Shown one piece after another: positions 45,803 through 57,202 of a DNA stretch of 58,369 bases. A program made the position numbers and the translations under genes. The notes below the pieces were generated by a model that was not told the origin of the DNA, searched no databases, and saw nothing but the letters and a program-made list of their open reading frames with translations. Source of the stretch: Klebsormidium nitens (Eukaryota; Plantae; Klebsormidiophyceae); the NCBI GenBank assembly GCA_000708835.1, contig DF237522.1, positions 1 to 58,369 on the forward strand, in the 5' to 3' direction. Numbering within the stretch: position 1 is the first letter of the stretch; every line of letters starts with the position of its first letter.

Positions 45803-47666
45803 TTATCGCAGCGCCGAGCTGCATGGTTTCCGTCCTACACCTCCTAGGTACCAGGTCGTTTCGGACCCCTTCTCCTGATCGGGATCGTCGAGACTAAACG
45901 ACCGGCCAACGGAAACATCGACGAGGCCCGCTGCTTGGAGTCCCCGCTCGAGCTCGGCTCCGCTGAGGCCTTCTCGCACTACATGTTCCTGAAAGGCGAG
46001 GGATCGAGACATGATCGGTCTGCCAATTGAAGGAGGCTTGGCTATTGAAGCAACTGCGAGGCTCATTTGACTCTCAGACCGGTCTGTAAGAGGTTCGGAG
46101 CGTTTTTAAGCGGAGGCCTGACCTTGCAACGGTGCCCCTCGTTTCGGAATTAACGAGAGACGAGACTAGCTCTTCTCACGACTTCGTACTAGGGCTAAGC
46201 CTTTGGAACAAGGGGCCAAAAAGCAAACGCCTGACAGGAGAAAGAGCAGCGAACCTTGAAGCTCACAGACCCGTCTGACTTGACTCCCCGCCAAGAAATA
46301 AAAAATGGGGTTAAGAAATCTAGAGACGCTTGTGTTTGATGAAAGGTCTTCTTCAAGAGGCAAATACTGACACAGCAGTTCCAAGATGACAAAACAGGAT
46401 GGCACCAACTTACCTGATGATTCCCATTTAACTGAGGGGCCACATCCCCTGCGCTTTCAAGGTCAGTAACGAACAACCAGCCCCCGGGCCGTAATACTCG
46501 CAGAAGAACCCCCAAAGCGGCAGAAAAATCTGGTAAATGGCGGAGCGCCCGATGGGAGAAGACTACGTCGAAGCCCCTCTCGTCAGGCAGATAATCCTGC
46601 ATGAAGAATCACAACGTCCAAGTTTGCAAGGCAAAACAGAGTTTACAAATGAACTTCCATTGAATGCAAGAATTACGACATGGGCCGCAGTTTCAAACTA
46701 AAAGTAGAGGGCAAATTTTCAAACAAAAGCAGTGGTGCAAATGTGCCTGGATTTGAACAAATTCGTGAGGTTATGAAGCAGACTGTCTTGAAAGGTAGGC
46801 TGCCATATGTCGATGGGGAACGGCCAAGGGCACGGCTCTCTGAACGCTTTTTCGAGTAACAACGGGGCACAGGAAGCGGTTCATTGCAACAAAACCTCAT
46901 TGAGCCAACAATAGAATCTCTTGGAAGAGAAAGGCAGATGGTGACTACCAGTGGTACACCTCAGCTAAGCCACAAAGCTCAAATCAGCAGAGCCATGGAA
47001 ATCATCTGAGAAAAGGGGAAGACCAAATAGCAGCACCTGCAATTGCTTCGGGTCCTTCAACTCCATTCGAACGGCTGCCATTTTGTCCTGCAGCTTCAGA
47101 CTCGCTGCCTTCGCTTCAAACCGCTTGACCAGACCCTTTGATCGGTCAAGCCCCAGAACCGCTCCGACCTGCACAGCTGCAGGCCAGCTTCAGAGTGCAC
47201 GTTGAAGTCTTTGTGAGACCACCGGGTGTCCGATTTGAATGGCACCTCAAGGCGCAAGTATCCAGATAGCTGCGGGCCCCCCGCTTTCTCACATTCTGAA
47301 TGTCCTTTAAAGAAAGGATATATTCAGAGTCTTCTTCATATCAGGCAAGAACTCGAGGCTCCCACTGCTCAAAGGGCTCAGAGTACAAAACATTGATTTT
47401 GCAGTACACTGTATCTTACGTAACCCCCAAGAAAAAAAGCATACCTTTCGAGCAATCAATGCTGTACATAGGCCACTCCCACACCCCAACTCGAGCACCG
47501 TGCTCTCAGCCGTGAGAGGTACCGCCAATAAGAATGCCTGCACGGCTTTCTCCGCAGCCTTTGGCGCCAGGGCGCTAGCTTCCCATTCCTTTGCAGCTCG
47601 CACACAGGCCTTGTGGTGGTCCACGTGGCCATTGGACGGCCGTTCGGTGCGCGTTTCCTCCGCCAT
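45803..47666 (-). CDS. Small class I SAM-dependent methyltransferase, 240 aa, 4 exons
   Basis: complement(join(45803..45988,46414..46596,47037..47168,47445..47666)), all introns phase 0. Motif I VLELGCGSG, acidic GLDRS, FDVVFSHRALRH, and LRPGGWLFVTDL. Confidence 0.88.
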
Positions 47667-47870
47667 GGGCTCTCTAAGTCCAGAATAATCGTCAATGTTC
47701 CATCAGAAATGCATGCAGAATGTAGACTGAATACTTTCTTGGGGATCTTGTCGAAGCAGGTATATTAAACACACACCGTCCTCTTTCCGAAGCATCGCCT
47801 CTCGTACGCCCCTGCGGAAAGTTCTCATGCAAACAGGCATGCACTGCACTCTATGTACAGTCGCTGGAGC

Positions 47871-47879
47871 AAACCCTAA
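47871..47879 (+). promoter_or_regulatory. Telo-box AAACCCTAA in the shared divergent methyltransferase/MZT1 promoter region
   Basis: Exact motif between divergent start codons at 47666(-) and 48295(+). Confidence 0.4.
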
Positions 47880-48294
47880 TCCAGGGTCAGACTTCAAATA
47901 TTTGTTGACACCTACATATTATTGTGAAAGTAACTTTATAAGCAGAGGCTGATTGCTTCTTGCAGCCTCGTGGGGAGTAGACCCGGGCGGTCGCAAGAAA
48001 GTGCAGTGTGCAGCGGTGTAGTACTCACAAGCACTCGGGGCGTTCCACTGATCCATAATCTACCACCGGATATGGTTCTAGAGGATTATACATATACGCT
48101 ATACATTAAACTCCAAAGTTTAGGCACTTGATATCAGCGCGCGCAAGACGCGCATCCAAGCCTTGGTGATCACCTTTTGCATTGGCAATATGACGCTCTG
48201 AGTCTGACATTTGATGTGAATGTTTTCTCAGAATTGTCTTCGCAATTGGCGCCCAAAGTCGTGGAGCTAGGAAGCATCAGAGCAGTCGTCAACA

Positions 48295-48507
48295 ATGGAT
48301 GCTCTTTCTGCGCAGCGCGCCCGCGAGACTCTGGACATTGCTCACGAGATCTCCAAGCTCCTGAACACGGGCCTCGACAGGGACACCCTCTCGGTTCTGA
48401 TTGCGCTCTGTGAGAATGGGGTCAACCCTGAAGCCCTTGCGGCAGTTGTGAAGGAGCTCCGTAGAGAGGCAGCGGCGCTGCGCTCTGCTGCGGTACATAA
48501 GAAGTGA
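48295..48507 (+). CDS. MZT1: Mitotic-spindle organizing protein 1 (MOZART1 / GIP1), 70 aa, single exon
   Basis: [50 protein letters not shown] matches the MZT1 signature. Confidence 0.96.
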   Translation: MDALSAQRARETLDIAHEISKLLNTGLDRDTLSVLIALCENGVNPEALAAVVKELRREAAALRSAAVHKK

Positions 48508-48786
48508 AGAATCGCAGGGTGGCTTTATCTGGACTGATAGCTCTGCCTTTCTACTGTAAATTGTTTTACATTTTTCTGCCAACAAGTCTACAAGTGAACA
48601 GCATATGTGTTTCACACCAGGTTACTTTGCTCAAGGTGCCTTCTTGCTTAGGCAGACCATTCCTGGCCTTTAATCGTACCAGTCCGCACATATATTTTCA
48701 GGAGTGAGAGACTCCACACAATCTCAATCAATTCAGCCAATTTTTACTGCCAACTGTCCTTGGGGTAGCAAGCAAGCCTCTTCCTC

Positions 48787-51700
48787 ATGCGGACCGTCGA
48801 TCAGCAGACACTTGGCAGCCCCGCGCTCAGCGAACTGCAGATAAGAGCCGCTGAGGCTGCCGGCGCAGCAATCAAGAGATGGCAGCAGGGGGGACTGTCA
48901 CGCAGGATGGTTCTGGGAGTGATTGGCTCATTGGCAGCCCTGTGGGTGCAAGGCTTCAACCGGAGCCGAGTGGTCAACAGAGAAGGACTGCTCAGGGCTG
49001 TCAGAGAGCGGCCCGCGGGGGTGCCGCTCATCTCTTGCTCAAACCACATGTCGACGTGAGTCTGGCCGGCTTTCGGAGCTGTTGCCAGTATCAGTGTACT
49101 TCTAGAAGTTGACCTCTATTCGTGCGCCGTTGGAGGCTTGTTACAGATATTTATGACGCTGTTGACTTTCACCAATTTGACAGTTGAGGCAGAATGTTCC
49201 AGCTATGCTTTGGCAACTGACTTCTAAGATGTAGGGTGGGAAAGTCCCTAACAGGAGACGCTTGAAAGAATCAGCGCAGCCATTCCAAGGAGGTGGTGCG
49301 GTTGGACCACCTCTGCTGATTATCCATCTCTGTGAACTGCATAAGAATATGAACCAGTCTACATTGAAGTAGAATCAACTTCAGCCTATACTGGAGGACT
49401 CTGACCTATGACGATGGACCTTGATGCAAGTCCGCGAATTAGGCTGGTGGATATAATAATTGTTTTTAGGGTCTACACTGTCGATTCAAGCAAATGACTT
49501 TCTCAAAGTCAGAGATCAGAGCATGGTTTTTGACGACTTCTTGCCACACCGGCTGTGCCTTGCTTCAGTCGCTGCTTGTTCCTCAATTTTTCGGGTCTGA
49601 ATCTTTTTAGTCTTTCACCCAAAGCTATCTTACCAATTTTCTTTAAGCTGCTTGCCTTTCCCCAATTCTGCAGCCCTCTAATCAATCCTGTCTCGATATC
49701 TTGCTTAAATATGCTTGCCCTTCTCCAAATTGTGCAGCTTAGATGACCCCTTGATGTGGGGCGCGCGCGGCCTCCCAAGGTTCAACCCTGCAAACACGCG
49801 CTGGGTGCTTACAGCGGAGGACATCTGCTTCACAAACCCCGTCTATGCCTACTTCTTCCGGCTGGGTAAGGACATCTTTTGTCCACTCAGGGTGTGTCTA
49901 CAGACCCTGTCCCACGTCCGTCTTCCGAGTCCGTTTCTTGAAAAAGCGTTCGGCATGTTGAGTTCAGGAGTCATCCTCTTCGTATTCTTCACCCGCTTTT
50001 GTGTCGTTGAACGTACGTTCTAATATACAGCCCCATCTCATTCGTTCTCCAACAAAAAAGTCTGTTCGATATCATGTGAGGCATCTCATTGTTCTTCCAG
50101 AGACGTCAACTTTCCCCGCAGAACACTGTGCCGTCAATTTAGACCCTCAAGCTGCAGTTCTTCTTTGGTTAGTTTCCGTCAAGTCGACCAGTTCGCTTTC
50201 GTTGAGGCTCGCTTATCTTCTTTCGACTGCTCAGCGCTGGCTCCTTTGCCATTCGTCCACCCCGTACAATGTAAAGATCCGTAATCGCATCTTCGTTCTC
50301 TATCCAGGCCAGTGTATACCCATCAGGCGAGGAGCCGGCGTCCACCACGAGTATGTTTTGGAGGTGCTTGCCCGGATCAATCGTGGGGAATGGGTAAGAG
50401 AATATTTTATGTCTGATCCTCTTAAGAGCTGGCGATGTGTTAAAAGCCAGCTTTCTGAGAAAAAGTTCTGAAAGTGGGAGCGCTACTTCGCGGCTTGAAG
50501 CGACTAACGCGAGTAAGAATATATTTTCTCCCAGAAGAGTCGAGATTATCGCATACTTCTGCGCTCTTGCTTTCGTTGGAGATAGTACGTCGACCTTTGT
50601 AACATTCCAGATGCAGGAGTACTACAAATGCAGGGCAAAGCCTGGCCGACAGCCAAAGACCGGAATTGCTAAGAATCGGGAAACGAATTGAGAGTGCACT
50701 TCGAAAGCCGTGGAAAATTTGCACTCTAGAAACTCTTCAACGGTGGACTCCAGCAAAATAATTGCCTAGGATGCCTTAACTTTCTGTGCAGGTGCACACG
50801 TTCCCCGAGGGCAAGATCCAGCAAGAGCTCGGCCCCCTCCCCCGTCTCAAGTGGGGCATCGGCAGCCTGATCGCGCGCGCTTCCACGCCCCCCATCGTGT
50901 TGCCCGTCTGTCACAGCGGCTTTCAGCAGGTGAGGCAAACTAAACATCCATTCTTTTGTAATTCACTCTGGGTGCCTTTTGAGAGTGTCTGTCAGGTACT
51001 CGCTTGAGGTTATCTCGATCGGGAGAGTGCTTTTTCGAAGCCCAAAACTGTGCACCGAGGGCCCTGAGTTCAAACCTTGTATGTTGCCTCGGTTGGCGAA
51101 ACTGTTCAGCAGATAACACGGTCAGCTCTAGTCGTTGGGCCATTCCGTTCGCATCCGGCCCTCCAAAACCACTGCAATCATAGGCCCGTCGTCTCAACAG
51201 TAACTGGCGACCGAACGGCTGAAAGTTGTCTGTAGGTGGGAAACTCGACGCATGCTCGATGATCTGGAACCTTCCCGCCTCCTCAGCCCACTAAACCCCG
51301 CAGCCACTTTTTCTACAGCCCCCAGAACCGCGACTCCCTGTCCCATACAGATGCTCCCGCAAAAGACGACCTTCCTGGGCATCCAATCCGGTCGCCCGAA
51401 ACTGCCCCTCGTCGGCAAAAACGTCACTATCGTGGTCGGCGACCTGCTCGAGTTCGACGTTCCGGCGCTGAAAAAGGAAGCGGAATCCGCTGTGGCGCGA
51501 GCGAAAGCGGAGGGGAAAGCGTTTCCTTGGGAGGCTGCGGTTGGCGAGGCGGAGAGCGCAAGCGTGACGAGGCCAGGGGAGGGTCAGCGAGGTATCGAGG
51601 TGCGTTTTCATTTTCCGTCAAGTCATTGCTTCGTGTTTTGTCTGAGGGTTGTTGCTTTGCGTAAGATCGGCAGGTCGAGGCTTCGTGTACTTGTGCCAAT

Positions 51701-52585
51701 TCCTTTAAGATGAACGTTTCTTGAAGGATGTACGGTTCTGGGACTGGACAGCAACTGCAGCGCGCTTTGTTCTGCTGGAAGTCCCCTGCTGTGCGGCCTG
51801 AGTTTGACAGCGAACGATTTGAGGGCTTTGTGGGCCCGAGGAAGAGTCGTGTTTTTTCGTTATTTGCTTCGATGTCGTTTATTTTTGGATAACTCTGTAA
51901 TGATGTGGTAGGGACAGGGTACAAAGTAGGACCGACGTGTCTTCTGTAGATTTGTCTGCGTGTATGCCCGAAATAGGCGACACAGCCCCTGTGTTATGTG
52001 TGGTGGGGGCCTATAAGGGAGGCTGCAGTATCATTAGGACTGTAACGTTTGCAAGTCTGTAAGCCGCAGTGATGGGCGCTTCTTTTCCCGGTCTGGTCTC
52101 TCGATGTTTCGGATGCTTCCACGGCACGGGTTGCGAGGTGGCCCGTTCGCTCAATACAACGTAACGTAATCATCCTGGGTGCTGCTCCTGTCTTTGGACA
52201 TGCGAGGTAAGACGAACGGAGAATCAATTGAAGTGATTTTTCCAAACCGCTGCAAACACGATTTCAATCGCCTGTCACTTTTTGTCTTAGCAAGGATGAA
52301 GTTCATGCATCGAAGAAAGAGTTGGTAAAGACAACTGCGAATCGTCTTTGCAAAGTTGCTGACTCATCTGCTGGTTGCCGTGTGCAGGAGTCCATTACCC
52401 CGCGTGCCAGCAACAAGGCCACTGCTTCGACAGCGCAAGCGACGCTGCCTTTGATGCCCGAGGACAACGCTACGAAGTGGCTGTATGCAGAGATCAGCGA
52501 ACGCATCCGCGTCAAGATGGAAGAGCTGGCTTTCGAGGCCCACAGATTGAACGCAATGGGCAGACGATGGTTCATGTCGAAATAA
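48787..52585 (+). CDS. Tafazzin-family (lyso)phospholipid acyltransferase, At1g78690 (NAPES/LPLAT2)-like, about 386 aa, 6 exons
   Basis: join(48787..49055,49738..49865,50308..50393,50792..50929,51351..51599,52295..52585). HxxxxD motif SNHMSTLDDP, RWVLTAEDICF, CIPIRRG, HTFPEGK and LKWGIGSL. The last acceptor (52295) was chosen by phase. Confidence 0.9.
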
Positions 52586-52854
52586 TCTGTGGCTTCACTG
52601 CCACTTGTACTTCGAGTACCAGCATTGCGCTTCCGTCGTCGATACTCGAAGCCGCTTTTTATCGGTTGCGACGGGACCAATTCCTTGCAAGCGCCCGGGA
52701 CACGCTCTCTTCGACATAGAGGATGATGCGGCGTCGCACTGCAAGGCAGCACCGTTGCGCCAGGTTGCACAGTGCGCTAGCATCCGATCGACCCTCGTAC
52801 TGATGTTGTGTGCTTCGACCATTGTCTGGCAATCGACGTTGACCGCAGCCTATG

Positions 52855-53315
52855 CATGTACATGTAGCGGACTCGACGGTACGCGCCCGCTTCGTGTAGG
52901 GGGTATACGGCACGCATGTAGCTGAGGCTGGCCCGAGTTTGGCTTATGCAAGTGGATTTTAATCAGCGTGCAAATTCTATCCAAATCAGAATGCCTCGTG
53001 CTTGTGTTTCATCACGAGGTTATCCATCGAGATCGGTCCCCCTGCAGCGGGCCGCCCTGTGGCCGGGATCCCTGGCAATCAACTAAGCTTTAGCTAGCTC
53101 TATCGCTGTTAAGTTAGTAATCGATATACCGCTCATGCCTAGCTGACCGTCGACATCCGCGACGGAGGCACAGGCGCCGGCGCGGCTGCCAGTGACCAGA
53201 TATGTAACGATTCTTGTTCAATGATTGTGATTCAGACTTTCAACAGGCGCGACGGTAGCGCCTGCATGCATAATTACAATCATGGATTCGAATGCATGAC
53301 ATGATCTCATGAGGA
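52855..53315. other. Intergenic palindrome/CATG-rich island (between convergent acyltransferase and YHS genes)
   Basis: TGCATGTACATGTA, TAAGCTTTAGCTAGCT, five CATG within 53261-53315, and GCGGGCCGCCCT at 53047-53058. Confidence 0.55.
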
Positions 53316-54075
53316 TGGCGCACTGGCATTCGCAGCCGCCTGGGCCGATCGTGCAGAACATTCGATTCCGGACTGTGCACGACAGTACCTTTCATACCAA
53401 AAGGAGAACAATCTTCACAATGGCCGCCTTCATGTGTGACGAATTAGATGGGTCGAAACAAGTCAGTGGTAGCATAGGATGCGGCAAAGGAGTGCCTGGA
53501 CGTGAAGGCATGCATGTTGAAGCTTTGACGTGGGGTTCTAATCAAACCATATTAGCCAGGTTTTGGGAAGTAAAAACATTGTGTACAGAAACGTAGTGTA
53601 TAAGAAGGTCGTGCCACTACGGGTCAGTACGTTCTGCGCTGCCGCGCACACCACACGACAAGTCCACAACAACTCCGCTCAAATCATCTATGTAATTCAC
53701 CGAGTAAAGTACACAGTTACGAAACGGTGTGCATCAAGAGTATGAACACCCGCCTAAAACTCCGATTACGATCGAGTCAGTCTATGCTGCAACCCAACCG
53801 ACCGCTAGCCGACGGCGGGCACGAGAGTACGTTACAAGCGCGCTAGAAACTGGCTTTTTTCTTTTCGACGTTAATCCGATGTATCGGATGCAAACTCATC
53901 TATGCGTCAAGTCACTAACTCTCACGCATTTTGATGCAATGGTTTTGAAGCATCAAAACCAGTACAGGGTTTGATGAACTGGTGTTCAAACCAAGTTGAC
54001 GTAGCGTCGCGCTGACGGTTATCTACGTCATTCGATGCGGGCTCGAACCAGTCTGGCAACCCCCAAAAAAGCCGG

Positions 54076-57000
54076 TTAACCCCCAGCTTTTCCGTCGCCG
54101 TTTTCGTCGGTGACGTCCTCCCGGGGCACCGAACCGGCCAGTTTTCTAAACCCCTGCCAATTCCGTTCCGCCTGTTCCATCATTTTCCCCTCTCCGATTT
54201 TGGCGGCCATCTCGTCCCAGAGCAGCAGGCAGTTGACGTCAGCATCCGCGTGGAAAAGCAGCAGCACGCCGCCCTCGCCCTTCGTGGAGTGGGCGTACTC
54301 GGGCACCTGCAGCGGAACAGCGGAACCGGAGCGGAACTTCAGCCAACTGATCGACGAGAATGGGGCATGCGAAAGGTCTGGAAAGCGTTCAACGTAGACG
54401 AAGTTCTAAAGTTCTCAGGGGGATCTTTTGTAAACATAGAATGTTTAGAACACGGGGGCGAAGAAAAGGTAGATCCCGTCTTTCAAGTAGTCAGTAGCTT
54501 TCATTCGTTGGTCGAGGAGACAAACGTTCACAGCACGACGAGTGAAACGAACAATGAACACAGCAGCACCTTCCCACAAGTGGGGGGCCGTAAGAGCCCT
54601 CTGCGGACATCATGTCACATAGCTTGGGGCTCACAAGTGTGACAAGAACCTGCTCGACAGCTGGAATTGCCTCCCGTGTTTCGCAGGTACGCTGAAGGGC
54701 ATGCGAATTTGCAACCCCACTTGCAACCCCCACCTTCCCCACCTTCTGACACGTGTGTAACAGACAGAATGGCCGAATAGCAACAGCGAAAAGCACAAGA
54801 GAGACTATCTTGCAAGATGTGGGTCCGTTGACAGGAATGCCATCTCCGCATCCCCATCAAGTTCTGGTTCAAGTGGGAGAGACGGATTTACAGCTGGAAA
54901 CGGCGAAGAGCAGAAAAGAGACCCTAGCTCAGCTCGCAAATAAGGGAACGGGGGCGACAACATGGAACGCTTGACTTTCCACCATATTCACGTTCTGTCG
55001 ATGTGCGACACTTGATTCCGCAAGTGGAAATGCCGAAGAGCGAAATATCTTGCAATAAGAGGGACGCCAGAAGGCAAGCAATATTTGCATCCAACCATCT
55101 TCGAGTTCTGATACTTGTGAAAGAAAGGTAAGTCGCGAGTGGAAACGCCAAGATGCGGAAAAAGGATATTCGCGCAATACGAGAGGTACCCACAAAGACA
55201 TAAAATGTTTGTTCCATACCATCTTAACGTTCTGGTACATGTGCCACGCGCACCAACCGCCGAAGGCCGGTATGTACCGCCCGGTATCCTGCGCAAACTC
55301 CTCCAACTCCCGCTTGGCCTGGAAGCGGTACTTGACCCCAAGCACCTGCACAGGAGACCGTTTATTCACAGGTTTCAAGAAAAACCCCGGTTAAGGGGGT
55401 AACCAGGCTTGAGCAAAACTTCACGAGAGCTGGTAACCCTTCCAAGCACTTGCAAAGAACAGAGGTTTTGGCGGCTTCCGAAAAAGCTTCATCGAGGGGC
55501 GGTGTGATTGATCCCAAGCACCTGCACAAAGGAGCGTTTCCGCGGCTTCAAGATGAGCTTATTCAAGGGGCGGTGAGCCTCTTTTAAGCACCTGTGCACG
55601 AGAGCGGTTCCACGGGTTTAAAAAATCCTTAGTTAAGAGCGGTAAGCGGTTCCAAGCACCTGCACAGGCGGGCTCTTCGGCGGCTTCAAGTAAAAGCCTA
55701 GTCAAGGGACGGTCAACGAGTCCAAGCCCCTGAAAGACGAGCGGCTTCTGCGGCCTCCAGTGAAGCTTCGTCGATGGGCGGTCATGTATTTCAAGCACCT
55801 GAAAAAAGGAGCTTCTTTTGCAGCTTGCTAAAAAGCTTCAGCGAGGGGCCGTACCAGATCAAAGCACCTTCACGGGGAATCGTGTCGGAGGCTTCAAGCA
55901 GGCTTGGTGTGGGCGAAAACCAGGTGCGTTTGAAAGCTTTTGTTGCATCAACTGGCTTTCTCGTGAACCGGCTACTTGGACCGAAGAACCGGTGCAGAGG
56001 AGCATTCCTACGACCTGAGCGAGCTTCGTCTAGCGACACGATTGGGAACTTTCCAGATCGCTCTCTGCATCTACCGGCGTCACAAGGGCTTCGAATCAGT
56101 TTTGTGTCGTTTGCGATCAGACGATTCCTAGGTTGAAACAGCTCGTTGCTCCGGAATACAGGAGATACGAGCTAGACCCATTCGGGGGCGAGCAATTCTT
56201 AGCAACGGCTGAGTCGTCGCAGTTTCAAGAGCCACAGAGAAGTCCCAAAGCCACAGAAAGTCGTGAAAAGCTCAAGCGTATGTTTTCAACCGATGGTTCC
56301 ATCCGACTGCCTTTGATTCGATCCTAATTGGACGCGCGATGTCATCATGGAGACCAAGGCTTGAATTCGGTTGCATCTCGGAAGGAGAACATTTGGGAAA
56401 CAATATGGAGCTTCGTGTTGGGACGAATTTTGAAAGCACAGATGGAGAGCCCATGATAGATCGGAATCTGCACCTTCAAGACCTTTCCCGCAATCCTGTC
56501 GAGCATTGGAGTCTGCACGTGGTCTGAGACTACGGTCTTAACTGACAATTCAACCATGCCACCAATGGAAAACGCTGAAACACCTCCCTTGAATACGGGA
56601 AAAAAGATCAAGATATCTGAAGTTCCTTACTGAAGACGATTCCAACCTTCAGTTGGGGCGATCAAGACGACTGAGCAGCTCAAAAAACGACAGCTCTACT
56701 TCCCAAACGCAAAGAAGTCTACTTCTCAAACGCAACTTCTTTGAGCAGATTTGGAACGAATCCTTATAACTTTAGTTCGCTTTGAAGTGAGGATACACGA
56801 TTAAGCAAGCGCCTTTCTAACTGAAAAGGACACGAGATGAAAGGCAGCAACACCAATTGCTCTCGAGAATCGTTGATGGTTGGGGTTTCTGCCTGGTGAC
56901 ACTTTTTAGAAAATCTGGTCTATGTTTGGCCAAAGCCTTATGCTTTTGGAAAGAGATCTGAACTCTCAAATACAATTTTCCAGCTAGGGTTTGTATAACC

Positions 57001-57202
57001 CAGCTAGCAGAGCCGCCAGACAAGCAGCGTTTGAGCTATGTTCCGCTTAACCCGGCAATAGAAGCCGCCAAAAGTCGGGGTTTCGTACCGCAAATGTGAT
57101 GTCCTCCCTCCCTAGACAGGGCTTCCCGCGAAAGACGGAAAGTGGGCTGTATCCGCCGAGCGCCACGTTGTCATCCCCAGAGACGTTCTCCGGCAAAAGC
57201 AG
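54076..57202 (-). CDS. YHS domain-containing (seleno)protein-family homolog, Cys form; 5' exon(s) unresolved
   Basis: complement(join(54076..54306,55220..55345,57089..57202)), all introns phase 0. Product is LLLPENVSGDDNVALGGYSPLSVFRGKPCLGREDITFAVLGVKYRFQAKRELEEFAQDTGRYIPAFGGWCAWHMYQNVKMVPEYAHSTKGEGGVLLLF...MMEQAERNW. This fits the recalled bacterial pattern A-x-x-GY-x-P...F...F...Y-x-P-x-x-GG-x-C/U-A...A-x-x-NW. Candidate upstream donors are at 57388/57387 or ATG|GT at 57365/57364. Confidence 0.75.
55339..55875 (-). repeat. About 70-bp minisatellite built from the YHS exon acceptor (8 copies including the real one)
   Basis: The + strand core AAGCACCTG (minus strand CAG|GTGCTT), or a 1-nt variant of it, recurs near 55339, 55443, 55515, 55585, 55653, 55723, 55792 and 55861. 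Confidence 0.85.

Noticed and set aside
55220-55345. Possible selenocysteine recoding in the YHS gene
   Set aside because: The motif codon is TGC (Cys), there is no in-frame TGA in the core exons, and I could not identify a SECIS by eye.
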